Origin: Sphyrna mokarran
Lineage: Eukaryota
Assembly: GCA_024679065.1 (NCBI GenBank)
Contig: JAGIQG010000009.1
Span: forward strand, 93,310,001 to 93,374,000
Reading direction: 5' to 3'
Length of the DNA: 64,000 nucleotides
The notes beneath the pieces are model-generated. The model did no database searches. It was not told the origin of the DNA and worked only from the letters and a program-made list of their open reading frames with translations. The translations under genes were made by a program, and so were the position numbers. Shown one piece after another: positions 22,884 through 36,712 of the stretch (position 1 is its first letter; the number at the start of each line of letters is the position of its first letter).

Positions 22884-24292
22884 ACTGGAGGATGGCAAAT
22901 GTTGTCCCTCTTTTCAAAAAGGGGAGTAGGGACCATCCTGGAAATTATAGACTGGTGAGCCTGACTTCTGTTGTGGGCAAGGTCTTGGAAAGAATTATAA
23001 GGAATAGGATTTATAATCATCTAGAGAGAAATAAATTGATTAGGGATAGTCAGCACGGTTTTGTGAAGGGTAGGTCGTGCCTCACAAACCTTATTGAGTT
23101 TTTTGAGGAGGTGACCAAAGAGGGAGATAAGGGTAAGGCAGTTGATGTAGTGTATATGGATTTTAGCAAAGCGTTTGATAAGGTTCCCCATGGTAGGCTA
23201 CTGCAGAAAGTGCAGATGCATGGGATTGAAGGTGATTTAGCAGTTTGGATTAGGAATTGGCTAGCTGATAGAAGACAGAGGGTGGTGGTTGATGGGAAAT
23301 ATTCAACCTGGAGTGCAGTTACAAGTGGTGTACCTCAAGGATCTGTTTTGGGGCCACTGCTGTTTGTCATTTTTATAAATGATCTAGATGAGGGTGTAGA
23401 GGGTTGGATTAGTAAATTTGCTGATGATACCAAAGTGCGGGGAGTTGTAGACAGCGAGGATGGATGTTACAGTTTGCAGAGGGACATAGGTTGCAGAGCT
23501 GGGCCGTGAGGTGGCAAATAGAATTCAATACGGATAAGTGTGAGGTGATTCACTTTGGTAGGAATAACAGGCATATGAAATATAGGGTTAATGGAAGGAC
23601 CCTTAATAGTGTTGTCGAGCAGAGGGATCTTGGGGTACAAGTACATAGCCCTTTGAAAGTTGGCACCCAGGTTGATAAAGTTGTTAAGAAGGCGTACGGT
23701 GTGTTAGCTTTTATTGGTAGAGGGATTGAATTTAGGAGCCGTGAGGTTATGTTACAACTGTACAAAACTCTGGTGCGGCCGCACTTGGAGTATTGCGCAC
23801 AGTTCTGGTCGCCGCATTATAAGAAAGATGTGGAAGCATTGGAAAAGGTGCAGAGGAGGTTTACCAGGATGTTGCCTGGTATGGTGGGAAGGCCTTATGA
23901 GGAAAGGCTGAGGGACCTGAGGTTATTTTCATTAGAGAGAAGAAGGTTACACGGTGACCTAATTGAGGCGTATAAGATGATCAAGGGATTGGATAGAGTG
24001 GATAGTGAGAGCCTTTTTCCTCGGATGGTGATGACCAACACGAGGGGACATAACTTTAAATTTAAGAGGTGGTAGTTATAGGACGGATGTCAGAGGCAGG
24101 TTCTTTACACAGAGGGTGGTAAGAGCGTGGAATGCCCTGCCTGCAGCAGTTGTGGACTCGCCTACTTTGGGGGCATTCAAATGTTCGGTGGATAGGCATA
24201 TGGATGATATTGGAATAGTTTAGGTTAGAGGGTCCACTGGCCGGCGCAACGTCGAGGGCCGAAGGGCCTGTACTGTGCTGTAATGTTCTATG
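22884..24292 (+). mobile_element. Young 5'-truncated CR1 LINE
   Basis: ORFs 22892-23509 and 23464-24075 form one frameshifted RT; CR1 tail present. Confidence 0.97.
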
Positions 24293-26099
24293 TAGTCAGT
24301 GCACTGTAACACTCACTCCAATTTATGTGGCACAGTATCTTTGCAATAACATAACTGCATCAAATCTTTTTTCCCCACATGCAAATTAGACCAAATTTCT
24401 CTTTCAAGTTCAACAGTTGGATTTACTGAGGTCCTGATCAATTGAGTGGCTCTGCCAAATGTCGGCATCATGTTTGTTTTGAGCTTTTCCATCAACAGTT
24501 TGTCCCTTCTTAAAAATGAATTTGCAAATGCCATTCCTACACGTGCAGAAGAGAAATTTAGAATAGACAATTCTAATTTCTTCTAAATTCTTGCCCTTCT
24601 TGTCCCCCAAAAAGATAAATCCATGTTACATATCCTCTATCCCTTCAAATTATTTTTGATGATGAGCAAAACTGACCAAATTTCCTTCCTTGTGCTGAAA
24701 TGAAAACTCATAACTATAGAATACAGTCCAGAAATGGCCCTGCAGCCATTGAATCTGTAGTGACATTCAGAAAAAAAACTGACTTCCTACCTAACCTCAC
24801 TAGCATTTTGTCTATCACCTTTATGCAGTCTGTAGGCCACCACCTAGTGGGAAGGATTTAGAGGAACACATGTTTGAGAAAATTACAAAAGTGCAACGAC
24901 TATACATTTGTTGTAATGTGGGATTTTAATGTTTTGAATATAGCAAGAGGATTTAGACTCTGCAAAACCTAAGATTAAGAAAATTATTGTTGAGGAACAA
25001 CTAAATTAGCAAAAAGCCTGATTTTAAATGCAAATTAATAAGGTTTAATTGGACCATAAAGATTAATTCTTGGCATCTTATTATTTGAAGCATGCCACAT
25101 TCAGAAGTTCATCATGTATTGATCTGTCTTTTCTGTGAATTCTCCAACTGCTTGGATCTTCTCTTGGTTCTTCGAACTTTTTCTCTTGACTCATGACATC
25201 AATTGAGATTTTAGCTCAGCTCAACTTTTGAATCAAACAAACAATAGTCACTTTGTTGTGTTAAAACTTGAACTCTAGTATATCATTTTTGAAATTCACA
25301 GCTTCCAGTCCACCTTAACTGCTGAATCTAAGATTTCACTGTGTTCTCTATCGCTATCATGTAAATGCTTTCTAACAAAGTGGATTTCTCAAAATGTTTG
25401 ATATTTTATTAATTTTTACAAGCTAGAATTTAAGTGGCTGAACTCTTAGCTAAGTAAAAACACGTTTTCCAATCATTCACTTAAAGCAATGATTTTGGTC
25501 TGGCAATTTTGCCCATGCTAGGTCCAATATTAGATTGTTATGTAAGCCTCAGCCTGATGAAAGCTACTTCACTCAGTGTTACTTTCAGCTTAATGGTGAG
25601 TTCTCATTGGCAAGGCAACTTGCAACAAATGGCTGTCGACTAGCCATGTCCTATGCAAATGCAAGCTTCCAAGCAAGGGTCTACTGCTGACAGACAGAGC
25701 TATCGTTGCCAGTGCTCTATTCCTCGGTCTTCTGAAAAATGTTTCCCCAGCAAATGACCTGTGATAAATTCAAAACCTTGGCAAGTGTGAAGAGCTCAGT
25801 GTAGCACCCCTAATTTTGTACTTTTTATAGGTAACTAACATTTAACCCAAGTTTGTAGTCTGGGCCAATACAACTAACAAATTGTAATCAGGTATTTCCA
25901 GCTTTTGAACAAAGGGAAGTGTGTCTCTACCATTCTCAAAACAATCTCACTTAATTTGTGTACCTGTTTGGAGGTTCTCATAAATTTCTAGCCCCAATAA
26001 TCAGCTCTGAAGCTTTGGTATCTCTTCTACCAGCTGAACCACGACTTGCAGAAGAATACTAAGAATTTTCCACAGAAGTAGGTTTCCAGTCAAGCAAAA

Positions 26100-28530
26100 A
26101 CAGATATATTCACAGATCTAGCTTCTGGGAATGAGGTGCGGCAAGTGGATTGGGGACTGTTTAAGGAACAGTAATCGCGGTGTCATAAGATTTAGGTTAA
26201 CCATAGAACCATCCAAATAAGAATATTCAACTGGGAGAAAGCCAGCTTCAATTGAGAATTGATCAGACTTGGATAAATTGGAATCAAAGGTTGGCTGTGA
26301 AGATTAACTAAGAATGGCCTTCATTTCAAAAAAAAAAGTAGTTCAAGTGCAGTCTATTAATATGCAGACAAGGGTCGAGTAAGGAAACCTGATCCAGAGC
26401 TCTGTGAATGAAAGAAAAATGAAAATGTTCTAATTATGAGAAATGTGCCTGTGTTTAAAAAGGGCTGCAGGAAAAAGTCTGAAACTGCAGGCCAGTGAGC
26501 CTCACATCTGTGATGGGTAAATTGTTGGTAAGTATTTTTGAGAGACAGGATCTATAGACATTTAGAGACGCAAGTACTGATTAGGGAAAGTCAAAATGGC
26601 TTTGTAATTGGAAAATCATATCTCTCAAATTTGAGTTTGAGGGGTAACCGAGAAGGTAGATGAGGGCAGTGCACTTGATGTTGTTTACATGGACTTTAGC
26701 AAGGCCTTTGAAAAGGTACCGCATGATAGGTTATTGCATAAGGTTAAATCTCATGGGTTCCAGGTGAGGTATTGAGAGAGAATATACTCTCATTAGAGGA
26801 TCAGTTAAAAACTTGGAATTAAAACTTGTATATTGAAATGTGATGAGATCAGTATGTTAATCAATTATAGTCAATGTAATCAGTGTATGTTGACCAATAT
26901 GATAGAATCAATATGGTAATCACTTATCATCAATGGACGTAAGCAGTAACAACCTCGGGAAACAATGGTTATTGTTCGGTTATTCAACTTAGTGTCCTGA
27001 GATGCATAGTTAAGAGGGATTAGTGGGTAAAATATGTAAGGACGGGCGGTGGGAGCTAGTGCCTGGATGGGATTGTGGTTGGTGCAGACTCAGTGGTTCG
27101 ATTGGCCTCTTTCTGTACTGTAGGGATTTTAAGTCTAAGGGAGGGTGGACAAATGCAGAGAAATATGAAGTGATTCACTTTTATTGAAGGAATACCAAGT
27201 CAAAAATAAAGGTACAGCTTTAAAGGGGATGCATTTGCACGGGATCTGGGTGTACATGTACACAAATCTTTGCAGGTGGCAGGACATTTCAAGACCGTGG
27301 TTAATGAAGCATACAACATTTTGGCCTTCATCAAAGTGGCATAGAGTTTCAAAATCAAGGAAGCTATGTTCACCTTGTTTTAATGTGGAAAAGTGTGAGG
27401 TAATGCACTATGGCAGAAATAATAAATGTGTAGAGTATAGGGCAAATGGTAGGATTCTTAGTAGTCTAGATGAACAGAGGGATCTTGGTGTGTATGTGCA
27501 TAGATCCTGAAAGTAGGCAGTCAGGTCGAGAAGGTTGTTAGGAAGGCATATGGAGTCTTGGCTTTTATTGGTAGAGGGATTGAATTTCGGAGCCGCAACG
27601 TCATGTTGCAACTGTACAAAACTCTAGTGCGGCCGCACTTGGAGTATTGTGTGCAGTTCTGGTCCCCACATTATAAGAAAGATGTGGAGGCATTGGAGAG
27701 GGTACAGAGGAGGTTTACCAGGATGTTGCCTGGTATGGAGGGCAGGTCTTATGAAGAGAGGCTGAGGGATTTGAGGTTGTTTTCGTTAGAAAGGAGGCGG
27801 CTAAGAGGAGACCTAATCGAAACATATAAGATGATTAGAGGTTTAGATAGGGTGGACAGTGATAGCCTTTTTCCTAGGATGGAAAAAGCTAGCACGAGGG
27901 GACACAGCTTTAAATTAAGGGGTGATAGTTATAGGACGGATATCAGAGGTAGGTTCTTTACCCAAAGGGTGGTTCGGGAGTGGAATGCCCTGCCTGCAGC
28001 AGTTGTAGATGCGCCAAGTTTGGTGGCGTTTAAGAGGTTAGTTGATAAGTATATGGAAGAGAAGGGAATGGTTTAGTTTGGAGGGGCATTGCTTTTTATA
28101 TTGGTCGGCGCAACATCGAAGGCCGAAGGGCCTGTTCTGTGCTGTAATGTTCTATGTTCTATGTTCTATGTTCTATGTTTTAAACATTAGTTTGGCCTCA
28201 ACTGGAGTTTTGCCCCCACTTCTGAGCATCACATTTTAAGAGGACTGTGCTGTCTTTGCAGACACTGTAGAAAAGGTTCATGAGAATGGTAGCATAGATT
28301 AGGATAATCAATTACATAAATGGATTAGAAAAGCTGGGACTGTCTGCCTTGGAGAAGAAGAGGATGAATAGAGGTTTGGTAGAAGTTTTCAAAACTATTA
28401 GAGAGTGGACAGACAGGGAGAATTTGTTTATACTGAAGGATGATTGGGAATCAGGCACACAGCTTTAAGGTAAATAGCATTACCGGAAAAAGCTTTTCAT
28501 GCAGCGAGTGGCTAGGATCTGGAATGTTTT
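26100..28530 (+). mobile_element. Old CR1 remnants hosting younger insertions
   Basis: VYMDFSKAF remnant at about 26680-26710 and ORF2 C-terminal remnants at 27140-27370 and 28180-28530. Confidence 0.6.
27379..28178 (+). mobile_element. Young 5'-truncated CR1 LINE
   Basis: ORF 27558-28076 and (ttctatg)x4 tail. Confidence 0.96.
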
Positions 28531-28536
28531 TTTTTA

Positions 28537-29185
28537 AGCAACACAGCACGGGAAACAGGCCCTTCGGCCCAACGAGCCCGTGCCGCCATCATACTATATA
28601 GTAGCAAATCCATTATCCTATTTTAATATTCCTATATAATAATATATATATTATTCCTAATATGGAAAATTCTCACCATAGGGACAATTTGTTTCCCAAT
28701 CAGCCTAAGAGCGAATTTTTGGGTTGTGGGAGGAAACCGGAGTGTCCGGAGAAAACCCACGCAACCACGGGGAGAACGCGCAAACTCCCGCAGACACCGG
28801 ACCAATTCCAAGTGTCTGCACAGCCACATCGATAGTCTCTGAGCTGTCATGGTGCCCTTCAGATGGTCCACATAAAGCACTCATTTACGACATGAGGTAC
28901 CAGGCAACCCATGAATCAACATCCAAGAGCTGTACCTGCACCACCTGCCGAATGCCTGCTCAAATTATGGACCGAATTACCTGTGGAAAAAAGCCGTAGT
29001 TAAACAGTCCTAATATATCCCTCTATCTGCATACCGCTCATGTGGCTGTCCAAGAGACCCTTAAACAGCCCCAGCGTGCCTGCTCCTACCACCTTACTCG
29101 GCAGTGCATTCCACACCCCCACTACCCTTTGTGTGAAAAACTGCCCTCTAATATTCGTCCTATACATAGCCCCCCTCATCCTATC
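28537..29185 (-). mobile_element. CR1 3' end whose 3' UTR contains a V-SINE-like body
   Basis: ORF2 end (RGQFFTQRVVGVWNALP), then SINE-like head, V-domain and CR1 tail. Confidence 0.85.
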
Positions 29186-29356
29186 CATTTCTAAAGGTGG
29201 ATGTTGTGCCTGAGTTTGGTGGAGGCAGGTTCAGTCAAAGCACTTGAGGAATTGGATTATTATCTGAAAAGGAAGAATGTACAGAGCTACAGGGAGAAAT
29301 CAGGGGAGTGGTACTCTTTTGAAGAGTCAATGTAGCAAAATAGACAATGTTTCAGA

Positions 29357-30148
29357 ATGTGTAGAGTTAATAATTTTGGCAGATCCAACGGGATGAATGT
29401 TTTCACTATCAAAGGTAGGAGTCTTAGCTGTGTGGAAGAGCAGAGGGATCTTGGGGTCTGGGTCCATAAGACTCTCAAATCGGCCTCCCAGGTGGAGGAT
29501 GTGGTTAAGAAAGCTTACGGTGTACTGGCCTTCATTCATCGAGGGATTGAATTCAGGAGTCAGGAGGTAATGCTGCAGCTTTATAGGACCTTGTCAGACC
29601 ACACTTGGAGTACTGTGCGCAGTTCTGGTCGCCTCACTATAGGAAGGACGTGGAAGCTATTGAAAGGGTGCAGAGGAGATTTACAAGGATGTTGCCTGGA
29701 TTGGGAGGCATGCCTTATGAAGACAGGTTGAGGGAGCTGGGACTGTTCTCCCTAGAGAGACGAAGGTTGAGAGGCGACCTGATAGAGGTTTACAAGATGT
29801 TGAGAGGAATAGATAGGGTGGACTCTCAGAGACTATTTCCCAGGGCTGAAATGGTCGCAGGGCATTTCATGCCCTGACAAGAGGGCACAGATTTAAGGTG
29901 CAGGGAAGCAAGTACAGAGGGGATGCTAGGGGAAAGTTTTTCACTCAGAGGGTGGTGAGTGAATGGAATCGGCTGCCGTCGGTGGTGGTCGAGGCGAACT
30001 CGCTGGGGTCTTTTAAAAGACTTCTGGATGAGTATATGGGATCCAATGGGATTGGGGGTTATAGATAGGTCTATGGCTGGGTAGGTTTTGATGTGTTCGG
30101 CACAACTTGTGGGCTGAAGGGCCTGTTTGTGCTGTAGTGTTCTATGTT
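29357..30148 (+). mobile_element. 5'-truncated CR1 LINE (different subfamily)
   Basis: EEQRDLGVWVH...[14 protein letters not shown]; tail ttctatgttc. Confidence 0.93.
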
Positions 30149-30519
30149 CCAATAATAGGGAATAAATAGTGTGCAGAAAATCCATAGCCAATATAAGCTC
30201 AGAAAGGGGAATAACAATGGCACATAATGTTGATTAAAAACAGGCCTTGACAACGAAAGATATTGTTTAAAATCAAGCTAATAAGACAGCAGCACGTGAT
30301 CAGATGATGTCAGAAGTAGAAACCTCATTTAGTCATCATTTGCAGAAGTAACAGTACAATATGAAATATGACAAATATACACCAATTGTTAGATGTAAAG
30401 AAGCATAGGAAATGGTAGTCACAATCGAAAGCACAGATGAAATATGACAGTGGATGTATGTATTCATAAAGAAGAAGGGCATTGGTCTGAGTGGATCAAA
30501 GAGTGTCACTGAGGATTTT

Positions 30520-30900
30520 ATTTTAAATTTATTTGTTCATGGGATGCAGGCTTGACTTGCTAGGCCAGCATTTATTGCCCTTCCCTAATTGGCCTTGAGA
30601 AGGTAGTAATGATCTGTCTTCTCAAACTGCTGCAGTCCATGTGATGTAAGTCCACAATGCTATTAGGAGCAAGTTCCTGGATTTTAACCCAGAAACAATG
30701 AAGGAATGCAATACAGTTCCAAGTCAGACTGCTATGTGGATTGGGGAGTAACTTGCAGGTGTTAGTATTCCCGGGTATCTGCTGTCTTTGTCCCTTTAGA
30801 TGGTTCAGGTCACGGGTTTGAAGGTGTTTTTAATGGAGCTTTGCTGAGTTGTTGTAATACATCTTGTAGATGATGCATACTGCTGCCCTGCATCTCTGAG
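30520..30900 (-). mobile_element. 3' end of an old L2/CR1-type LINE
   Basis: Recognisable tail ttcatgggatg..gctaggccagcatttattgccc..ccctaattg..ccttgagaagg. Confidence 0.55.
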
Positions 30901-32133
30901 CAATGCCTGCAATGAAACTAAAGTAGCACCTGAAATAAAAGCAAATGCTCAGCTGACCCAACAGCATCTGTCCAGCAAGGAACAGAGCTAATATTTTAGG
31001 GTAATGTTTTAGGTGGCAATAAAACACTGCTGACTGCTGATTAATAACAGCCACGATTCCCACAATTTTCTGCGCACCCAAAATCACTGTATGCAATGCA
31101 CTCAATTTCCCTTTTGCCCAGTGTGCCCATACTTTCCAGAGCCAGCTGCCATTCTGGGTGAGAAATCAGGAAACTAAAGCATGGATAGGGGAGACACTTC
31201 ACATTGGTTCAATGATGTCTCCTAAGGACATTCACCATATTTGAAGTCAGGCTAGGCAGCTCTAGTTCAGGACATGAGACGTGCTTGATGTTGCTGAGAC
31301 TGCAGTCGTGGAGCCGCACTGCAAATGCTGTGTGCAGACAGGCTGTCTCTGCAGTAAGGTCCTTATGCTGCCTCGATGTTAGGGATCTTGCAGAAGATAT
31401 CGGCCCTAGCTACTATGCACAGCATTCCAGCCCACCATTCTTCCACAAACCAAGCGTTTTTCTCGACTATATAATTAGTCTGTGCTCACTGTATTTTCTT
31501 AATGATCTTTCAAGTATGAATAAGATGCCATTTTGACTGTTGGAAGACAATTTGATGTCAATTTTTAATGATTTATACTCTTGTGAATGACTTAGCATAT
31601 TTATCTATATTCATGTGCTTGAATGATTGCATTGATTGCGACCAAGGAGCTAAGATTTAAATCTGTCATGATCTAATTGAAAGGCTGAACAGCCTAGAGG
31701 AGCTGAATGGCCTTATTCTGTTCCTATGTTGTTACTTGAAATGCTGTTTCCTGTCATCAGCTACAGGGGTATTTGAAGGGCAGGGCATATAGACAGAAAT
31801 AATTCTGGGCTCCTTCTGTTCCTCCGCCTCAGCCATATTAAACAGTAGCTGTATCCGTTTAGAAGAAGGGTCATCCAGACACAAAATGTTGGCTATGTTC
31901 TCTCTCCAGAGTTGCTGCTGGATCTGTTGAGATTTTTCATAATTTTCTGTTTTTGTTTCAAATTCCAGTATTTGTCTATTTTGCTTTTACACATTTAATC
32001 ATTCAAAGGAGATCGAGTGACCCTGCTAGAAAGTGTACGTATGAGGTATCAGATAATAGCAGCAGAATAGCCTTTCTGCGCTCAACGTACAAGGTGGCAC
32101 GGGTAGATTGGGCACGTCAGAGTAGCATATTGA

Positions 32134-32800
32134 ATCATAGAATCCCTGCAGCGCAGAAGGAGGTCATTTGACCGTTTGAATCTGCATGAACTTTCTGACA
32201 GGGCATCTTACTCAGGCCCCATCCACATAACCCCACATATTTACTCCCTAATTCCCTAACCTACACGTTTTGAAACAGTGTGTTTCTTCAGAAGAAACTT
32301 TTCAAAAAGCAGCAAATGAAACAACGACAAAACTTACTTCAACTTATAAATCAAAGAAAGGGTTTAAAGAAACGTCATTACTCCAAACTTGGGGCCTCAT
32401 CCTGGGCCACTCCAAGCTTCCCACAGTTCTACATAATTCCTTACTTATAGTGAATCAGTTGCTCAGCTGACTTTTACATCACTCTGTGATTAGTTCCATG
32501 TTTTACTGGGTCAGTTGACCCATTGTTCCCACTGGTCACATTAGATCCAACGTAAATTTGTCACTGGTTACTTTCTAATTCTAAGGGGCAATTGTATGGC
32601 TTACTTACCTGACCTGCACATCTTTGGACTGTGGGAAGAAACCAGATGTCCCAGAGGTAACCCACAGAGACCCAGGGAGAGCATGCAAAGTCCATAAGTC
32701 ACCTGAGGCCGGAATTGAATCCGGGTCCTGTCTGACTTAAATCATTTCGACAGTCACATGGCAGCATATAAAGCAGCAATGCTAACCACTGCGCTGCCAG
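32134..32800 (-). mobile_element. V-SINE split by an insert of about 310 bp
   Basis: Tail at 32134-32266; V-domain and head at 32581-32798. Confidence 0.7.
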
Positions 32801-32807
32801 AGTGAGG

Positions 32808-33880
32808 AACAAAGAAAATTACAGTATAGGGACAGGCCCTTCAAGCCTGCACTGACCATGCTGCCTGACTTAACTAAAACCTTCAACCCTTCCAGGGATT
32901 ATTTTCCCTCTATTCCCATCCTATTCATGTATTTGTCAAGACGCCCCCTAAAAATAATTATCGTATCCACTTCCATTACGTCCCTTGGCAACAGGTTCCA
33001 GACACCCGCCGCCGTCTTTGTAAAAAATCTGCCTCATACATTTCATTTAAACCTTGCCCCTCACACCTTAAATATGTGCCCTAAGTAATTGACTCTTCCA
33101 TCCTGGGAAAAGCTTTTGACTATCCACTTTATTCATGTCTCTCATAATCTTTTAGATTTCTATCAAATCCCCCCTCAACCTCTAACGTTCCAGTGAGGAC
33201 AAACCAAGTTTCTCCAACCTCTCCTCGCAGCTCATGCTCTCCATATCAGGCAACATCCTGGTAAATCTTTTCTGCACACTCTCCAAAGCTCCAAATTTTT
33301 CTGATATTATGGCGACAAGAGTTGAACATTATATTTTAGGTGTGGCCGAACTAAGGTCCTATAAAGTTGGAACATGACTTGCCAATTTTGAAATTCAATG
33401 CTCTGGCCAATGAAAGCAAGAATGCCGTATGCCTTCTTGACTACCTTTTTTACCTGCATTGCCTCATTGAGTGATCTGTGTACCTGTACACCCAGATCTC
33501 TCTGACTATTTACTGTTTCTGCCATTTATTGTTCATTTCCTAACTATTATTAGACCCTCCAAAATGCATTACCTCACATTTGTTTGGGTTAAACTCCATC
33601 TGCCATCTCTTTGCCCAAGTCTTCAACCAATCTATACCCTGCTGTATCCTCTGATGGTCCTCATCGCTGTCTACAAATCCACTAACCTTTGTGTTATCTG
33701 CAAACTTGCCAATCAAACCAGTTACATTTACCTACATATATAGCAAAAGTCCTAGTACTGAATCCTGAGGGATGCACCTTGTCACAGCCCTCCATCAGAA
33801 ACGCACCCTTCCATTGCTACCATCTGTGTTCTTTGACCAAGCCAGTTTTGTATCCAACTTGCCAGCTTACCTCTCATCCC
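32808..33880 (-). mobile_element. 5'-truncated CR1 LINE, decayed
   Basis: QRDLGVQVHRSL...KKAYGILAFI...LVRPHL. Confidence 0.9.
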
Positions 33881-34148
33881 ATTGCAAGGAGAGCAGGAAG
33901 AACCAATGAATGTGGAACTGAATTCAGTCGCATTCAACACCTTTTACTCGGGTGAGGGAGAAATATCCGCCAAAAGTAAAAATAATTGAGATAGTCTGCT
34001 AGGTTTGGATTTTAGCAGAGTGTGCAATTTGAGATTTCCAGCCTTTGATTGAAAAAGTTAGGAAAGTTGTTGCAGACAAGCTGGAAATGCCTGTTTTAAA
34101 TTTCTTGCCTGCAGTGACAGTGACAACTTTTGTAAACTCCTTTTGCAG

Positions 34149-35781
34149 GATATTGAAAACGGTGAAAACTCAAATCACCAATCGCATCAAGATCAACAGA
34201 GTCATTCAGTTTATCAGCATCTGGATATCATCGGCCATTGAAGTGGGAGGAGAAATGTTTGCTCTATCCATGGGTAGAGATTTCAAATATTGGTGTGATG
34301 GAAAAGCATCAAAACAATTGAGTGAGAAGATTGTTCCACTCCATAGATGATGGAAAGAGCTTTAACCTGACATATATATACACAGAAGTGTACATTATTT
34401 GCAGCAGAGTTAAACTGCTGCCATGTGACTGTAGAAATGATTTAAATCAGACAGGAGGAGATTGGTCATCATTCAGTGACTGTGAAATTGGTTAATATTG
34501 AACTGGAGAGGATTGATTTTAATGGTGTTTCGGTTTTTTTATATTCAACATGACAATCTAGTCTAAAGATAGATTAAAAATATCCTTGATATGAAGAGAT
34601 TGATTTGTCAATCACAGATCAGCCAATTTAATGACATTGATGTGAAATACAATGCCATCTTTAACCACTATTGTTATGAATTTTAAGAACGTGGACCATA
34701 GAATCCCTATAGTACAGAAAGAGGCCATTCATCCCATTGAGTCTGCACTGACCACAGACTTATCCAGGGCCTCTCATATCCCTATATATTTTACCCACTA
34801 ATCCTTCCAACCTACGCATCTCAGGACACTAAGGGGCAATTTTAGTATGGCCAAAACAACCTACCCTCCACAACTTGGACTATAGGAGGAAACAGGAGGG
34901 AACCAGGGAAACACGAGGATAATGTGCAAACTCCACACAGCTACTGACCCAAGTCAGGAATCGAACCCAGGTCCGTGGAGCTGTGAAGCAGCAGTGTTAA
35001 TCACTGTGCTACCATGCTGTCCTGGTGGATGGTTTATTAAATTTTGGAAAGCCCAATCTACCAGTAATTCATTTTAACACTTTAAAGTCTGAACAAGACT
35101 TGAACCCACTGGGGAGATCAAGACACTCATGGCAAATTCAGAAGAAGTTTATGCAGAAAACTATTAATGAATACAAAGTTGAAATATTAAAAAAAACTTA
35201 AAAAACTTATGCAAAAAGAGACTTTATGACTTTTGATAGTTGATCAGGCTCTTACCTCGTTCTCAAAGGTTCCTCAAATGAAATTGATTATTTTATATTT
35301 CTTTTTGTTTTTAGATAGAATGCAGGCACTGGCAAAGCTAACAGTAAAGACTTAAATGATACTGCTTTAACCTGTGTAAGTTATGAGAATTAAAACAATT
35401 ATGATTTTAAGACACAAGTTGATATTCTAAATGTATTTCAAATATTTTGCTGTGATTGTTCTCTTTGGCCAGTGCAAGATACCGAAAGGTGTGATGGGAA
35501 ATAAAAATACTTGGAGCCAAATGCTTGGGAACCCGATAGCTCGCAAACTCATATCTGGAAGATCTTTGAGGGAACAGTCCAGATGCAGAATAGAAACGTC
35601 TCTGGATGCAGGAATATTGAACTTGGCAGTGAACCAATGAGAACTTCCACTTTGACCTGAACGGTAGCGTTTATTGTAACCAGGCAACAAGGAAGGAGCT
35701 TTAGCCAAGAAGGGAGTTATGTATGGTGCAAGGTATGAATGAGAAAACATCATGCTGAAAAGTACAACACGTTTGGCTAAG
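34149..35781 (+). pseudogene. Possible heavily decayed NLR (FISNA/NACHT/LRR-like) gene relic
   Basis: Ordered weak motifs across stops and frameshifts: FNLTYIYTEVYII; RIDFNGVS..KID*..YEEIDL; KNVD[SINE]LVDGLLNF; then an AG-bounded segment CKIPK..RSLRE..CRIETSL..ILNLAVNQ. Confidence 0.25.
34697..35022 (-). mobile_element. V-SINE (HE1-like), near full length
   Basis: Close paralogue of 10271-10598. Confidence 0.9.
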
Positions 35782-36127
35782 GTATTTGACAAAGATTTGA
35801 GTTGACATTTGAATACTAAATGAAATCAATTTTAAACTAATAAAAGGCAGGGAATCAGATTAAGAAAATGTATAACTTCTGTTTTTACAGTTAACTGAGG
35901 AAAGTCAGGCAGTAATGTATTTGATTTCATGTCCTCAGTGTAAAAAAGTTTCTCTTCATATTGGTGGGAAGTAGATTCTGAATTATTCTGACTCTCTGCT
36001 CTCTGGCTATTGATGTTCCAACCAAGGGAAACATCTAACTTAATTATTCATTTGGTATTTGTAGATTTCAAGGACATCATTTTAGATTTTCTGAACGTGT
36101 AGGAAATACAGGCCCTGTTAGCTCAAT

Positions 36128-36712
36128 CAATGGAGTATAAAAGCAAAGAGGTTTTGTTGCAATTGCACAAGGTACTGGTGAGGCTGCACTTAGAGTACTG
36201 TGTGCAATTTTACTCCCCTTATTTGAGAAAGGATATATTAGCTTTGGAGGGAGTGCAGAGAATGTTCAACAGGTTGATTCTGGAGATGAGGGGGTTAGCT
36301 TATGAGGAGAGATTGAATAGACTGGGCCTGTACTCAATGGAGTTTAGAAGGCTGAGGGGAGACATATAAGAGAATGAAGGGGCTAGGCAGCGGCAGAGAG
36401 ATTATTTTCACTTCGAATGGAAACAAGAGCTAGAGGGCACAGCCTCAAAATAAGGGGGAGTCAATTTAGAGCAGAGTTGAAGAGGAACTTCTTTTCCAAG
36501 ATCTTTGGAATTCTCTGCCCACTGAAGCAGTGGAGGCTACCTCGTTAAATGTGTTTAAGTCACAGGTAGGTAGGTAGGTAGATTTTTGACCAATAAGAGA
36601 ATTAAGTGTTATGGGGAGCAGGCAGGTAAGTGGAACTGAACCACTATCAAATCAGGGCAGGGCAGGCTCGAGGGGTTAGATGTCCTATTCCTGCTCCGAT
36701 TTCTTATGTTTC
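36128..36712 (+). mobile_element. 5'-truncated CR1 LINE, present in only one copy of the His-Pro duplicon
   Basis: MEYKSKEVLLQL..LEYCVQF; absent from the paralogous site at about 47200. Confidence 0.9.

Noticed and set aside
24313-25400. Coding-looking minus-strand ORFs (24313-24570, 24410-24610, about 25080-25200)
   Set aside because: No recognisable domain and no consistent splice sites.
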